A stretch of DNA of 63,064 nt, the filler included, from Perkinsus chesapeaki ATCC PRA-425 (Eukaryota > Protista > Perkinsozoa), in assembly GCA_013115145.1 (NCBI GenBank). It is 13 parts of 13 records of this genome, joined end to end, with 100 filler letters (N's around TTAATTAATTAA, not from the genome) between each part and the next. Parts side by side here need not be neighbours in the genome. Positions count along the whole stretch, not along the records: positions 45,944 to 47,457 come from JAAPAO010001920.1; positions 47,558 to 52,982 come from JAAPAO010001161.1; positions 53,083 to 54,496 come from JAAPAO010001974.1; positions 54,597 to 56,691 come from JAAPAO010001677.1; positions 56,792 to 58,791 come from JAAPAO010001706.1; positions 58,892 to 63,064 come from JAAPAO010001303.1; 7 more parts are not named here. One strand, written 5' to 3'. The notes below the pieces were generated by a model that was not told the DNA's origin, searched no databases, and worked only from the letters and a program-made list of their open reading frames with translations. Shown here piece by piece: positions 47,404 to 59,370 of this stretch (position 1 is the stretch's first letter; the number at the start of each line of letters is the position of its first letter). The position numbers were made by a program, and so were the translations under genes.

Positions 47404-47788
47404 AAGAACAGTAACTATCAACGAACACGACAGAATTATTAATAAACGCTAATTGTGNNNNNNNNNNNNNNNNNNNNNNNNNNNNNNNNNNNNNNNNNNN
47501 NTTAATTAATTAANNNNNNNNNNNNNNNNNNNNNNNNNNNNNNNNNNNNNNNNNNNNCGCGTGGGGGTGCCTCAACCCTGAGGTCACGGTGAGACTTAAA
47601 GGTGTGGCGCAGGCCTAGTTGTTGTTATTTACTCCCGCCTTGCGGGTGACTGAGGTCGAGGACTCGGCAGGAGCGAAGACGGGGTGGTGCTTCCCGACCC
47701 TATTGATAGGCTCGGCGGAGTTTCTTCTGCTCTGTTTCTTTTGTTTCTGTCTGGAGGCCAGTGATGCCTGTGGTTGTGAGCGGGCAGC

Positions 47789-49034
47789 TTGCGAATCGCA
47801 AGTTGGTGCATGGGGCACAGGGCGGGGTCGCCGTTGGTGTTCTTCTGGCTAGGTTTAGCGATTTCGCACCTGTCACTTTCCATGTCATCTCAAGGTGCTG
47901 CTGGCTCCGAAGTCTCTCCAAGTGGTGGCGACTTGTCCTCTTCAAGTGGGGGTAGCCCGGCGGGTGGTTCAGGCTCCGGTGGTGGGCTTTCGATTTCGCC
48001 TGGTTCTGGCAACGGTCTCGCGCCTGAAGGGCAGCAGCTGCGCGTTTCGGGTGCTGGCGGTAGTGGCCAGGGTAATTCTGGTGGGGGCTCTTCCTTTCCC
48101 CAGCCAGAGCAGGTGGCTGCGAGTGATCCTGTCGTTCCCCAGCCAGGCCAAGTTGCTGCGGGTCTAACCCGCCAGGAAGATCTCGTTATTGTTGACAGTT
48201 CTTCGGGCGGCGGTGAAGCGGGATTGTGCCCGGGATCCGAGTTGGTTCTCCCTCCGGAGGTGGTCGCCTTTATCAGAGAAAAGCTGATTCCCTCAGCCCA
48301 GTTTGACGTGTCGGATGTCCTCATGCGGCGCGGTATAGCAGCCCCTGAGCTCTTCAGAGTAATGGGGGACTGCAGCGAATTGATTAGTGATCTTCGTGAC
48401 CCGGCCAATGTGTTCGCCCTGAGGGCCGTGGCGGCTGTTTATTCGCCTCAAACTAAGAATCCTGCTGGTACGGAGGACAGTGGCGCGGAAGAGCTCGTGG
48501 AGTCGTTGCGTCTTGACTTCGAGACCGACTATGGTGTACGCGTGCCGTCGAGATACTTGGTGTCAGCCAAAGTTTTCTCCAAACTGTCCAAAGTGTGTCT
48601 TGAAAAGGCTGAAGCCGGTAAACGGCATGTTGTATTGGATGAGGCTCCTGGACGCTTGCCAGTCAGCCGACATCCACACTCTGAGGGACCTGGACGCTGA
48701 CCTCAGGCTGGAGGCAATGTCGCGCCCCTCCGCGCTGGCTTCTCAATTGGTCTCCGAGAATGGCGACATCGTGGCCCGTCATCGCGAGTCAGGCCGCGCT
48801 GTTGCGTTGGCTGGACAGAGGCAGGTTGGTCGTGGGTTACCCTCTCACGCGGCTCGTCCTCCTCGCGTCTGCAGGCAGTTCGAAAGGTCTGGCCGCTGCA
48901 GTTACGGCGATTCGTGCATATTCGCCCATAGCTCAGGGGGCTCAGGGCCGACAGACGACCAGCAGCGCCGTCGCCAGCGGGGAGGTGGCAGAGGGCAGCA
49001 GTCGGAGGCTCAGCAGGAAGCGCAGCGTAGGTAG
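47789..49034 (+). CDS. Gag-like region of the DIRS element (overlapping ORFs 47789-48700 and 48480-49034) with a CCCH zinc finger
   Basis: Gly/Ser-rich N-terminus and CRQFERSGRCSYGDSCIFAH (C-x7-C-x5-C-x3-H). Frame change near 48610-48630. Confidence 0.65.
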
Positions 49035-49385
49035 CTGCCTTGCGATGTCTGTCGTCGTCAGTGCGTTTCTTTTTCGTCGTATTTACGTGTGTCGGGAATA
49101 GTGTCCGCAGCGCATGGTCGCTAGGTTGGACTGACTGGCTAGTTTCTAATGCGTTGCTCATGACTTGCGCTGTCAGTACAGTTGGTGGTGTACAGGTACT
49201 AAGCGAGCAAGGGTAACTCGTGACAGTCAAGACGAGCCGCGATTAGCGAATAAGAAACCCCCGCTTCCGTGTCCTCCAGAAGGTGCACATCAGTTCGTAC
49301 GAGAGTTGCGGAAGCTGGCGTCTCGGGCCAGCGAAGAAGTCGCGAGTGACATTTTTTGTGATGCGGCCTTCAAGGACGGAGGGGC

Positions 49386-51407
49386 TTGCCTCCTGCCGGG
49401 TCGGGGGGTAGAATCTACCCGGTAGATGATTCCGAAAGGGCTTCCGCGGTTGCGAAGAGTATCGCGGACGCATTGTGGGAGGCAGGCTTGTCCTCTGGTT
49501 TCTCCGACATCCTCGGCGCGGTCGCGGGTGCTCCTACGGAGGATCAGGTCGAAAGGCTTAGAGAGAGGTCGGTCCGCGCGGCGGGGGTGGCAAGGACGGC
49601 GTTGGCGAAGGTGCTTGGCGTTCCGGAGGGTTTTGCTTCTCCGGGGAACTGTGTGGACGGAAGGCTTCTGGCGAGCTTAACCGATAGCCTGGGGGTAGAC
49701 GATCGGGAAATAGGCCTCCTATGCCAGCAGGGCCTGCCGATCGGCGTGTCGAGGGCCATTCCGTCATGCCCGCTGTTCCCCAAGTACGTCAAGAAGAAGC
49801 ACCCGCCTTTCCCGGTTAAGCGTGTGGGTGAAGGTTTTCGCAATTACTCCTCTATGTCTGATCCGTCAACCGTCAAGGCTGTCGGGGAGTCGGTTCGTAA
49901 GGATGAGCTGATGGGCTTTGTTCGCCGGCTGACCCCCCACGAGGCAGCTGACCCCTTGAGAACCTTCGTTCCGAGAGGGGCCATCCCGAAGAAGGACGGC
50001 GGCATAAGGGTTGTGGACGACTACCTTCGGGCTAATGTGAACTTGAGAGCAGAGGTCCCGAACACCGCATCCTTGCCATCGGTGGTGAATACCCGTAGGC
50101 TGGTTGGGGAGTTGCAACAGCAGTACCCGGTCCGCAAGTGGCTCCTTTTCGAGCTGGACTTGGAGTCGGCGTATAGATTCCTCAAGGTTCATGAAGAAGA
50201 GAGGAAACATCTCTCCTTCTGCCATGTAGGCCAAGGGGGCGTTGCGGAGTACTTCGAGAATTGTTCGCTCCCCTTCGGCCTGAATAGTAGTGGTTTTTGG
50301 TTCGTGAGATATGTCAGGGCCGTGCAATGCTGCTTGGGCAAGATCCTGAGGGCTTGGCTGCCGGATGGAGCGGCGGCCGGCTTGATGTACGTCGATGATG
50401 GCCTATGGATCATCGATCCGGACCATTACTTGGAGGTATGTACGGTGATCTCCCTCCTGTGGACGGCCTTAGGGTCGCCTATAAGCTTCAAGAAGATCCG
50501 TGTTGGCCGGCGGCAGGGCTGCTTCATAGGCGTGACGCTCGATGTGGACAGGCAAGGCTCGGCGTCATTCTACCTTGCTGAGGATAAGTTGACGAGGACT
50601 AAAGAGTTGTTAGCGGGTTTGGTCAGCTCCGGTGGTATCTCCATGCCGGACTTGGCGTCGTTAGCTGGCAAGCTGTCCCACTACTGCCAGTTGCGACCCT
50701 TCCTGAAGGCTTACCTCCAGCCTTACTTTGGGCTAAAGTCGGTGATGGAGTCTCGAGGCCTAAAGTATGCTAAATGCCCCTCTGGCAGCGAGGTCGCTGT
50801 CGTCTCTAGATTTTTCTCGGAGTTGCTCGCTCAGCCGAACTCCGCTCAGCCAGCGGCCGGTATCTCTCGGGCCGTCCGTCTCAAATCTCATACTATAGCA
50901 ATAGCGACGGACGCCTCGCTTACCGCCTTGGGAGGGGTGTTGGCGCTGTCGGGATCAGAGTCGCCTTCGAAGGTCTGTTTCTTCCGAACGCCGTTGGAAG
51001 GTGTTGGCTCGCTGGGCGCGTGGGCCTGCATGCTGAAGGATTTGTCAAATTGTCGCGAGGCGCGAAATATGGTGGCGCTGGAGCTCCTGGCAGCTGCCCT
51101 GGGCTTGGTTGCGGCGCAGACTCTCATTGGTGACGCAGCGGACTTCAACGTGGTCCTCTACACGGATAACACGGCTGTGCAGTCTATCCTCACCAAGATG
51201 TACTCGCCCAAGCCGGCCCTGGCGCGATTATTGAGAAGCATGACTGCGTTGCTGTCAAGGTTAGCTCTAACGACCTTCCTGGTCAGGCGGCTTGAATCTA
51301 AGGAAAACGTGATTGCGGACTCTTTGTCGCGGAATGCGTGTAGCGTTGTGCCGCGAGGCTGGCGCGAGGTGTCTGCCCCGCTGAGCGCCTTGGGTCCTTC
51401 GTTTTGA
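49386..51407 (+). CDS. DIRS pol: reverse transcriptase plus RNase H
   Basis: GAIPKKDGGIRVVDDY, ELDLESAYR, SLPFGLNSSG, MYVDD, IATDAS, VALELLA, LYTDNTAV, ENVIADSLSR. Confidence 0.93.
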   Translation: MPPAGSGGRIYPVDDSERASAVAKSIADALWEAGLSSGFSDILGAVAGAPTEDQVERLRERSVRAAGVARTALAKVLGVPEGFASPGNCVDGRLLASLTDSLGVDDREIGLLCQQGLPIGVSRAIPSCPLFPKYVKKKHPPFPVKRVGEGFRNYSSMSDPSTVKAVGESVRKDELMGFVRRLTPHEAADPLRTFVPRGAIPKKDGGIRVVDDYLRANVNLRAEVPNTASLPSVVNTRRLVGELQQQYPVRKWLLFELDLESAYRFLKVHEEERKHLSFCHVGQGGVAEYFENCSLPFGLNSSGFWFVRYVRAVQCCLGKILRAWLPDGAAAGLMYVDDGLWIIDPDHYLEVCTVISLLWTALGSPISFKKIRVGRRQGCFIGVTLDVDRQGSASFYLAEDKLTRTKELLAGLVSSGGISMPDLASLAGKLSHYCQLRPFLKAYLQPYFGLKSVMESRGLKYAKCPSGSEVAVVSRFFSELLAQPNSAQPAAGISRAVRLKSHTIAIATDASLTALGGVLALSGSESPSKVCFFRTPLEGVGSLGAWACMLKDLSNCREARNMVALELLAAALGLVAAQTLIGDAADFNVVLYTDNTAVQSILTKMYSPKPALARLLRSMTALLSRLALTTFLVRRLESKENVIADSLSRNACSVVPRGWREVSAPLSALGPSF

Positions 51408-51522
51408 TCCCCACAGGGGGCAATCCTGTTGTGGTGTGTGATGTGTTCTTCTTCGGTTTCGCGTAGCGCTGTGTTGTGTTCAGAAACAGGTTAATGGGGC
51501 GGTAGCGGTTTGGATCAGGCGT

Positions 51523-52569
51523 ATGGCTCAGCGTCGGGAAAACGCTGCTCGTTTTTTGGCGGAAGCCGTGGTCCATGGACAGGACGTCGCCGGCGAGGTG
51601 GCGCGCCTCGTGCGATCAGCTCTGGCGCCGACCACGCGACGAACCTACACTTCCGCCGAGAAGCTGTTCCGTGATGTCCTCTTCGGGGAGCACATGGGGA
51701 TGGCGGAGATCTATCCAATGACGGCAGAAATGCTTTTGACGTTCGTGTACGTTTTGGACAAGGTGGGTTACCCGTATAGCACCATTCGGACGTATGTATC
51801 TGGGTTAAAAACCCAGAACCTCGAGCGGGGTTACGAGTTGACCTCCATAGAAGGCGAGCTCATCAAACGGGGTATGACTGCCGTTCGCAAGAAACAGCCG
51901 CCGGGCGCGGATCGCTCGGGCGCTAAGGAGACGGTCTCTGTGGCTCAAGCGAGGGCGGCTATCGTGAGGGACTCACAGCTGAGGCAAGGCCACTCGTCAC
52001 TGGCCGTGGCACTGAGGCTGTGTCTCTTCGGCTTGCTGCGTTGTCGCGAGTGTCTGGCTCTTCGGTGTCTCGACGTTTATTTTGAACAGGTGGGTCTCTG
52101 GGACGTCGTCCGTTTGACGGTGCGTCGCAGCAAGACAGATCAGTACGCGGCGGGTGTCGTTCTCCGCTTGGGCTGTGCGGCTCCGAACACGGGAAGGCCT
52201 TGTCTGGAGCCCCTCTGCCCGGTGCACTCCCTATATGCCTTCATGTGTGATGGTTTCCGTCGGAAAGCTCTAACACGAGATGGGTATCTGTTTGGCGATC
52301 TCGCTTACACAAGCTTTCTGAGAGGGGTCAAAGAGGCCTTTGGGCGGCAGGCCGCGGGGAATTATGGCACCCACTCCTTACGTAGGAGTGGTTCGCGTTG
52401 GATGTGGTTGGCAGGCGTATCAAACTTCGAGATCTCCCAATTCGGGAGATGGTCTCTTCTCGACACTCTGCAGCATCGTTATTTGAATGGTGTCGCTAAG
52501 GGGTATGAGCACCGGTATGCGACCGCGATGGTTTCGGGGTGCTATCGCCGTCCCATACAGGGCGAATAA
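51523..52569 (+). CDS. Tyrosine recombinase of the DIRS element
   Basis: ALAPTTRRTY, GLLRCRECL (R), RRSKTDQ (K), THSLRRSG (HxxR), GRW (W), HRYL (Y). Confidence 0.92.
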   Translation: MAQRRENAARFLAEAVVHGQDVAGEVARLVRSALAPTTRRTYTSAEKLFRDVLFGEHMGMAEIYPMTAEMLLTFVYVLDKVGYPYSTIRTYVSGLKTQNLERGYELTSIEGELIKRGMTAVRKKQPPGADRSGAKETVSVAQARAAIVRDSQLRQGHSSLAVALRLCLFGLLRCRECLALRCLDVYFEQVGLWDVVRLTVRRSKTDQYAAGVVLRLGCAAPNTGRPCLEPLCPVHSLYAFMCDGFRRKALTRDGYLFGDLAYTSFLRGVKEAFGRQAAGNYGTHSLRRSGSRWMWLAGVSNFEISQFGRWSLLDTLQHRYLNGVAKGYEHRYATAMVSGCYRRPIQGE

Positions 52570-53082
52570 GCCTGACAGGCCTCGCATGGCGTGACTAATA
52601 GTCACTGACTATCCTTTGCTAAGCGTTATCCTGCGATGACGGGGCGGTGCCGCCACATTATTGTTTTTCGCGTGTCGGTCGCGGCGATTGTGTTCCGGAG
52701 TGCGGGGGTCTGAGTAGGGAAGCAAGCAGTAAAGGACGGGGCATCGACATTTCGCGGCTATTGCGTAGCCCGCATACTCACGGAGTGTCGATGAGGTTTC
52801 GCGGCTCGGGTGCCGCCGATATCCTCAAAGCCCTTCCTTTAAGTGCTTTAGGGCCGGATCCGCATCCGCGTCCGCCCCTCAGACCCGCGCGACCCGGAGT
52901 GGGATATTTAATAGGGGTTAATGAGTTAACCTGAGTTAAATACCGATGCGCAGGGACGCGCCGTAAGCGCACGCGATTGTGTNNNNNNNNNNNNNNNNNN
53001 NNNNNNNNNNNNNNNNNNNNNNNNNNTTAATTAATTAANNNNNNNNNNNNNNNNNNNNNNNNNNNNNNNNNNNNNNNNNNNN

Positions 53083-53508
53083 TACCACTAAATCAATTGG
53101 CAGGGTCTCTGTAAAGAGGAGGAAGTCCTCTGGCAAGCTTGCCATACCAGAGAAGTCTGTCGAGGTCACTGAGATGCCAGAAATGAAGCTGGGTTCCGTT
53201 ACTCCGCGTCCTGTGCCTTCACGTCCAGGGAGCGATCTACCTAAATTAACCAAAATGAAGGTAAGCATTTGAAAGCTTCAAAGCTTTTGTGTGTTCTATA
53301 GGTGCGATCACGCAGACGCGATAACAATGCAGATCCTGCAACTTTATCGGCGAAGACCGATTCCAATAACTCGATGCACGGAGCTCAGAGACAGAGGCAT
53401 AGAGTCCGAGAATCTGAGGAAGAGGTTGTAGTGGAGGAATCCCTCCCAGAGCATGAGGATACTGGCTCACACAGTGCCAGTGACTCTACCGACTCAGATT
53501 CCGAGTAG
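53083..53508 (+). CDS. 3' end of a spliced low-complexity hypothetical gene (intron 53261-53301)
   Basis: Open frame from the contig edge ..PKLTKMK|VRSRRRD..SDSTDSDSE*, with a canonical gtaag..tag 41-nt intron in phase. Confidence 0.5.
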
Positions 53509-56500
53509 TACAACTACAAACAATTCGAAGGCTCCCTATGAGACATGATTCTTTTCGAGGGCCGGCAACATAGTCTTCGTGCACATTTTATTTGTACGCA
53601 CAGGAGATACGCCGCGTTCTTTTCAGACTTTCCGATGACTCCAGTTCGCAAGAAGACTACGCGCCCAGCTCAGCAGAATCTAGTTCCGATATGAACGACG
53701 ATGATTCCGAATAGTGATCGGATTCACATCATTTAGTCGAAGACTGCTTTGAAAACTATCACAGTCTACATTATGTACGGACTCCGGCAATGACGCATTA
53801 CTCTCAGTGCAGGTCTTGGAAATCGTCACGATTATCAATTGTCATCGTCGGACTATCTTAAAGATTACCTTGTATCATTATCTTGTATCATTTAAACTAA
53901 TTGCTGAAAATATCAACTCAATATTACGATATATTGCACTGTAACGAGATGATGCTCATTTTGCTGTGTGATTTTGGGCATGTGAGATACTAAGCTATTA
54001 CATCGTTGTGACCTTTTGGCAAGCAAGACATCCTGTATCGCAATTCTGGCCTAATGACGCTGAGCATCATTATCGTTTGCTGAGAAACACTATGAGGAGC
54101 GGCTCTCTTTGCGCTCTTGCCGTACAAGGTGAGAAAGCATAGAGTTGACAGAAGCCGGCATTAGACTTCCTAATTACGTTCGCCCGATATGTCAGCTATC
54201 AACGTACTTTCTCCTCACATGGGACTCGTGCGAATTTAAAAATCCCTAATTTGCTTTATGTTAAAATATAATATATTTAATATATGTGTACGTACCAGTA
54301 CGAGTGTACCTCCTATTACCTCCTTTTATGTGGCTTCTTTGCTCCTACGTACGATTCGGAAGTATTGTTCTGGGCCTAACGAGCCTTCCTCGTTAATGGT
54401 GAGTCGCCATGTCATTTCGGGCGATGCCCGCTTGCGCCCACCTTACCCTTCAATGTTTTCATTCAATGCTCTCTTCCATGCCAACATTCTTCTTTTNNNN
54501 NNNNNNNNNNNNNNNNNNNNNNNNNNNNNNNNNNNNNNNNTTAATTAATTAANNNNNNNNNNNNNNNNNNNNNNNNNNNNNNNNNNNNNNNNNNNNTCAA
54601 TATCAGGAGCGAAAGGAGAAATGGCAGAGCTATCTTCCAGAGGGCGTCACTTTCGTGCCGGATATTGGAACAGCGCACGAGCTCCCTTCTAACGACGAAA
54701 ACAGGGAACAGTTTTTTCGCCGGCTCACGTTAAGCTGCTTCTGCCGTTGTATTGGAGGAAGCTTCTTGGTTAGATACAGTCGGATGATCCCCCTTGGTAA
54801 GAGATCCCCCTTACCCTGGATGTCATCAGCAGTGGCAGCTACTGCGGCTCAGGTGAGGGTCAGCGGAGAGGATATGCCGGTATCAACTTTAGGCTGGAGA
54901 TAAGAAGACAGAAGTTAGTGCAGGAGGGGAAGAGGAGTGCGGAGGCCTGGGCAATCTTAGTGACTGATTTAATAATAATTTACTCTCAAGTTTCATCCTT
55001 TGTCCATTTTTATGAAACTCTTCTTGGTTTAGTTGTTGTTAATTAGACTTAGGGGCCATGACTCTCGAGTGTCTGATATGAACCACAGCTCAGGTTCGCG
55101 AATACGAGGGGACATGAAACAAGTTCCCTCGATTCGTCAAAAAATACAGTAATTTGCCGGAGGAGCTGGCAGGTAGGATCTTAATCGGGGATGACAATAG
55201 AGATCGGAGTGCAGTTCAGGAAAGGTGAGAAACTGAGGGTTGAGGGTCTCTGAACTTTGGTTGTTTGTAAAACAAACTATTCCGGAGTTCTTTCATAGCA
55301 AACTTTATACATGTGAAACGTATAGAAGATAAACTTAACCCCTATGGAAAGCTCTGCAGGATAAACCTGTTTCGGGCTACTTCCGACTCAGAAGTTCGGA
55401 GGAACTTCGAGCGCATCGTTTAAACTAATTTCATGCTCGTGTAGACGCTACAGTGTGAGTCGGTAGTGGCTGTCTATGATATGGTTGGTAAGGGGAAAGC
55501 CAATGATCCCTGCATTTGACTTTAGCAAACGTGGAAAACGAACTGCGGTACCGAGAACCAGTATAGAGTGTCTTCCAAGGCCCTCAGCCTGATGGTAGAG
55601 GGTATTAACGCGATAGCTGTACCACTAACTATAGAAATATAAGGCAATCAGATATCCAGGATCCCATACTATCTTAAGGAGGATCCCGAGCTGCTTTCCA
55701 AGATGTACACATATCGTTCTTCTGAACGCATGTCTTATTTTCTAAAGGGTAAAATGCATAGAGGCGACTTTGCTGATGCTTCAATCTTCGATATGAAACA
55801 TGGAAGCTTGGCTGTGTCCGAGACGCATCGCGAAAAGATCTTCAAGCACGCTTTGTATCACACTCGAGGAGTGCGTCGAACTACTGTAATAATGGAACAC
55901 ACTTGTAAGACTTTTTCCTCAACTGTGTGGGGATGTTTATCTTGTGTCGACTACGTTGTGGCGGCGGCCGGGGACACTCGTATACCGTAGTTGTATCATA
56001 AGGATATGCCACGGAAGTGTTTCCATGAAGCGGGTTGATGTATGTACCCATGCAAGTAGATCCATCTACGTAATCAGGTTGGCTTACCGATGCAGTCTTA
56101 GCAAGCGTATAATCTTTCCCGGTATATGCCCCGAGTAACGTTTTGGATAGATATTCTTCGGATATATTCGGATATCTTCTTATTCTTTGTTCGGATATAT
56201 CTAAACTCAATCAATTCACCTATCGAAGTTGGAACTCTACGTCGTGGAGTCTGCGATTCATAAGACTGCTCGAATGTCCCTATTGGATTCGCAGGCAAAC
56301 CGAAGTAACAATTTATTCTGAAGCTCAGTCATAAAGGAACTATGGTTGTCTGAGGAGGTGACTCGATGGCTGTAGGACCTACAGTGTAGGTCTTAATATT
56401 TCTACTTCCGCAGGATTATTGCGTCTCTATGGGCCTGCCTGTCCATAGAGGTGCCTTCTAGGAGGTCGTCCATCTGTGAAAACAATCATGCACTTACCCG

Positions 56501-57232
56501 CCACTGACCTAATTGACAACACTGAATTCGGAAAATGTCTCTCAAGCTTCTACCAATCACAAACATGATAGAGCTGTTTCCTTCAAAGCGGAAGGAACAT
56601 CGAACGCTGTTTGTATGAGCACTCAACCTAGCTGTTAGTACGCAGGTTGCAAAATGGCAGCTTTTTCGACTATTCTAACTTTTGTCCAGCTNNNNNNNNN
56701 NNNNNNNNNNNNNNNNNNNNNNNNNNNNNNNNNNNTTAATTAATTAANNNNNNNNNNNNNNNNNNNNNNNNNNNNNNNNNNNNNNNNNNNNGCGGAATTA
56801 CCGAGATAAACTTTCGCGATTTGGCAACATCCGCGGATCATAGTGTGTTATAATAGGTGTTTATCATGAGTATTGATGATCGACAGGCATATAAGTAGAT
56901 GAAAGTCGAGCCACACCCTCAGTTACTCAGAAGTTGGCTTAGGGTATTTGCAACCGCTAAGATTGTCTGTTTCACTCAAAGAGCGAAGAACTCTGAGCAT
57001 GGATTCCCCTACCGAACGAGCTCTACTCAGTTCTGTGCCATCTCTGTTTAACTGAGTCGATAGAAAGATAGTCCCGTACACAACGATACTTATTCTCAAT
57101 TGCTACTGCCTAATTTATAAAAAATTCTGAGCCAAGACAAATTGCTAAGCAAGAATTGCTCACACCCCAAGCCGACGGTTGTCAGTCCCTTTAAGCCTGA
57201 AAACATTCGCATCATGAGAGTCTCATGGGTAG

Positions 57233-57496
57233 TCACCGACCACTGGTGCCGCATTTCTCTTGCGCAAAGCCTCGAAGGCCCGATACGTTAGTATTAGGCG
57301 CTACAGATGCGTATGCGACGGTCACGCTGGGGTTTAACAAGCATTGAGCTGCTCGGTCAATCGGTGCAACACACTCCGGTATCACCTTCATTACTTGAAC
57401 GCTGCACCTATTCGGATGATAGGGTGAAACTGGCGATCCAAGAGGCCAGTGCAAAGCACGAAAGACTAGACAGCAACAGGAAATAAGAGCTATCAT
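57233..57496 (-). CDS. Possible small secreted Cys-containing protein
   Basis: MIALISCCCLVFRALHWPLGSPVSPYHPNRC.. has a signal-like start. No family recognised. Confidence 0.25.
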   Translation of the reverse strand: MIALISCCCLVFRALHWPLGSPVSPYHPNRCSVQVMKVIPECVAPIDRAAQCLLNPSVTVAYASVAPNTNVSGLRGFAQEKCGTSGR

Positions 57497-57706
57497 GTAC
57501 AAGATGAACGTTATAAGATATGCCCGTTCACTGGCAAGTGGGTGGTTAGTAAGTTACTGGTTACTAATAGTAACCACCTGAGGTGGTCCACCTCGTGGAA
57601 TATACAGGTTCAAAAGCGAGGACTCGCTCAGTTAGGGTAAAGAGAGAATTATTTATAGAAACATGTCGGTTTGGGGGACGCATGGGTGGCACAGAATGCT
57701 TGAACT

Positions 57707-58160
57707 TTAGGAAAATGTGGACAATCGGAATCCTGAGGAAAGCGAGTATCGTATTTCGGTAAGACGCCAAAAACGTACATCCTTGCAGGAAATGAAGCAA
57801 TGCCCGGCAATGTAGACGACTGTACCGGTAGCACCACCAGACGGAGCAGGACACTCGGCGACGGAAGAACACTTCTTGGCACAGACTGCACTGCCATCCC
57901 ACTGAAAAACGAAATAATCGTCAACTTTCAGTTTGTCGAATGTACATATGCAAACGACTCCTGATGAAGCGGACACCATCCACCGACGCCGCCGTCTGGT
58001 TGACCATAATATACTGAAAATGATGACTGATAATACGGTATCTTTGACAGTATTGTACCGTCGTCGGGAGTTTGAGAGGAGGGTCCTCGCAACTGGCTAT
58101 TAAGTTCGCGGCTATTAACCGTCACCAGTCCGAGTAACGTGAGAAAGGCGGAAGTGTAGG
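57707..58160 (-). CDS. Small Cys-rich secreted-type protein, frame-broken or spliced
   Basis: Hydrophobic SAFLTLLGLVTVNS, then YYGQPDGGVGGWCP, then a second frame with CAKKCSSVAECPAPSGGATGTVVYIAGHCFISC. No in-frame ATG found. Confidence 0.4.
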
Positions 58161-58891
58161 TCCAGTACTGGAGCGAGTTCAGGGCCGTATAGAGTTAATC
58201 AAGAAGTACGGGAATAGAGCTCAGAGACCTCCCCGTGGTTATTCCTGGAAACGTTTGGAGTGCCAAGGTCTTTAACTTGCGCTGCCTACGGCTAACATCT
58301 GAGCACTGTATTGTTATTTATTCGTCAATTTTTTTCTCTTATTCTCTATTATTTATTAGGGATACACCTACTTTGTTCACTCACTGAATAAATTTTAAAT
58401 AATTAAGAACCCTTTTATTTATTTCTTGTTTTATCAGAATATTTATTTACTCTTTGTTTACTTATTCATTTATTGATCAATTAATCTATTTTAGCATCTT
58501 CTTCTCCCTCACTGTCTGTCAGTTGTGTGTACCATGTTATATGGCGGGCTCCCGGCTATGACGAAACAAGGGTTATGATAGCGGTACGGAGTTAATCGGA
58601 TTCCCTATTAGGGAAGAGTGTAGTAGGGCGGGTTTGGACGTTTCCCGCGGGTGATTAATGCTAGCTCTGATTCATAATCAAGGTTGCATGAGTTGTAAGC
58701 TTTATGAGTAAGTTTTGCCGTAATACTTAGTAAGTTAATTGGAATAAAATGAGTCTGAAATTTCAAAGGTGTTGGTAGCTCGGTACGACCGNNNNNNNNN
58801 NNNNNNNNNNNNNNNNNNNNNNNNNNNNNNNNNNNTTAATTAATTAANNNNNNNNNNNNNNNNNNNNNNNNNNNNNNNNNNNNNNNNNNNN

Positions 58892-58963
58892 GTTAAAAGT
58901 CAAAAATTCCGTGTACGAGTTTCATGTGTACGTAATTTATGTGTACCAATCGTTATACACCCC
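58892..58963 (-). mobile_element. Second copy of the GGGGTGTAT/GTACAC element terminus
   Basis: Reverse complement is 71/72 identical to 10044-10115. It abuts a hAT-like coding remnant. Confidence 0.7.
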
Positions 58964-59370
58964 TCCTTCAGGTTACCAATAGTTTTTCAAAGATGCTTCA
59001 GTCATCTTCGTTGGATTTCGCCCAATTGGATATCGCCAAGGAAGGTTTTTTGGCATGCATAGAATCATTTCATGACCGGGAAGATATTGCACCAAAGATC
59101 GATGAGCTCCTTGCAGCCCTGACCGAGGAAGGGTTTAGGGTCGAACCACCGAAAGTGTCGAGTCGTGATGGCATGTCAGAATTGGACGTTTTGCATCAGG
59201 AGTTTCAAGCGTTCACCGTCGGTATACGTAATGAGATTTGCCGGCGATTCAACGGGCCAGTCTTATGTGTGACAAACGCCATTCGTTCTATCGTGGCTTC
59301 GGCGCTGGCAACCTCAACAACGCAAGAAAAATGGGATGCAGACCAGGCAAATCCGAGAATTCGAGAATGA
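58964..59370 (+). pseudogene. hAT-like transposase remnant (C-terminal helical region)
   Basis: LLQVTNSFSKMLQSSSLDF and FQAFTVGIRNEICRRF resemble the hAT/ZMYM1-type segments L..TN.LSK.LQ and F...ID.I..EL..RF. No catalytic residues in view. Confidence 0.45.

Larger units (their letters stand above)
47558..52982 (+). mobile_element. Near-complete DIRS/Ngaro-class tyrosine-recombinase retrotransposon filling a whole contig
   Basis: Gag-like ORFs, a CCCH finger, RT-RNase H and a tyrosine recombinase, in canonical order. Terminal repeats are not visible within the contig. Confidence 0.92.

Noticed and set aside
47558-47563. cgcgtg at the contig start versus cacgcg near 52970 as DIRS inverted terminal repeats
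   Set aside because: Only 6 bp match. The real termini are probably lost at the contig breaks.
54597-56691. ORFs 55703-55990 and 55881-56210 as genes or transposon remnants
   Set aside because: No recognisable motifs and no consistent splice path. Left unannotated.
58951-58973. gaaggagggg-TGTATAACG on the minus strand read as PPT plus LTR start
   Set aside because: The purine run is the antisense of the hAT-like codons (PLLQ) and is not shared by the 10043 copy, so an LTR interpretation is unsupported, although not excluded.
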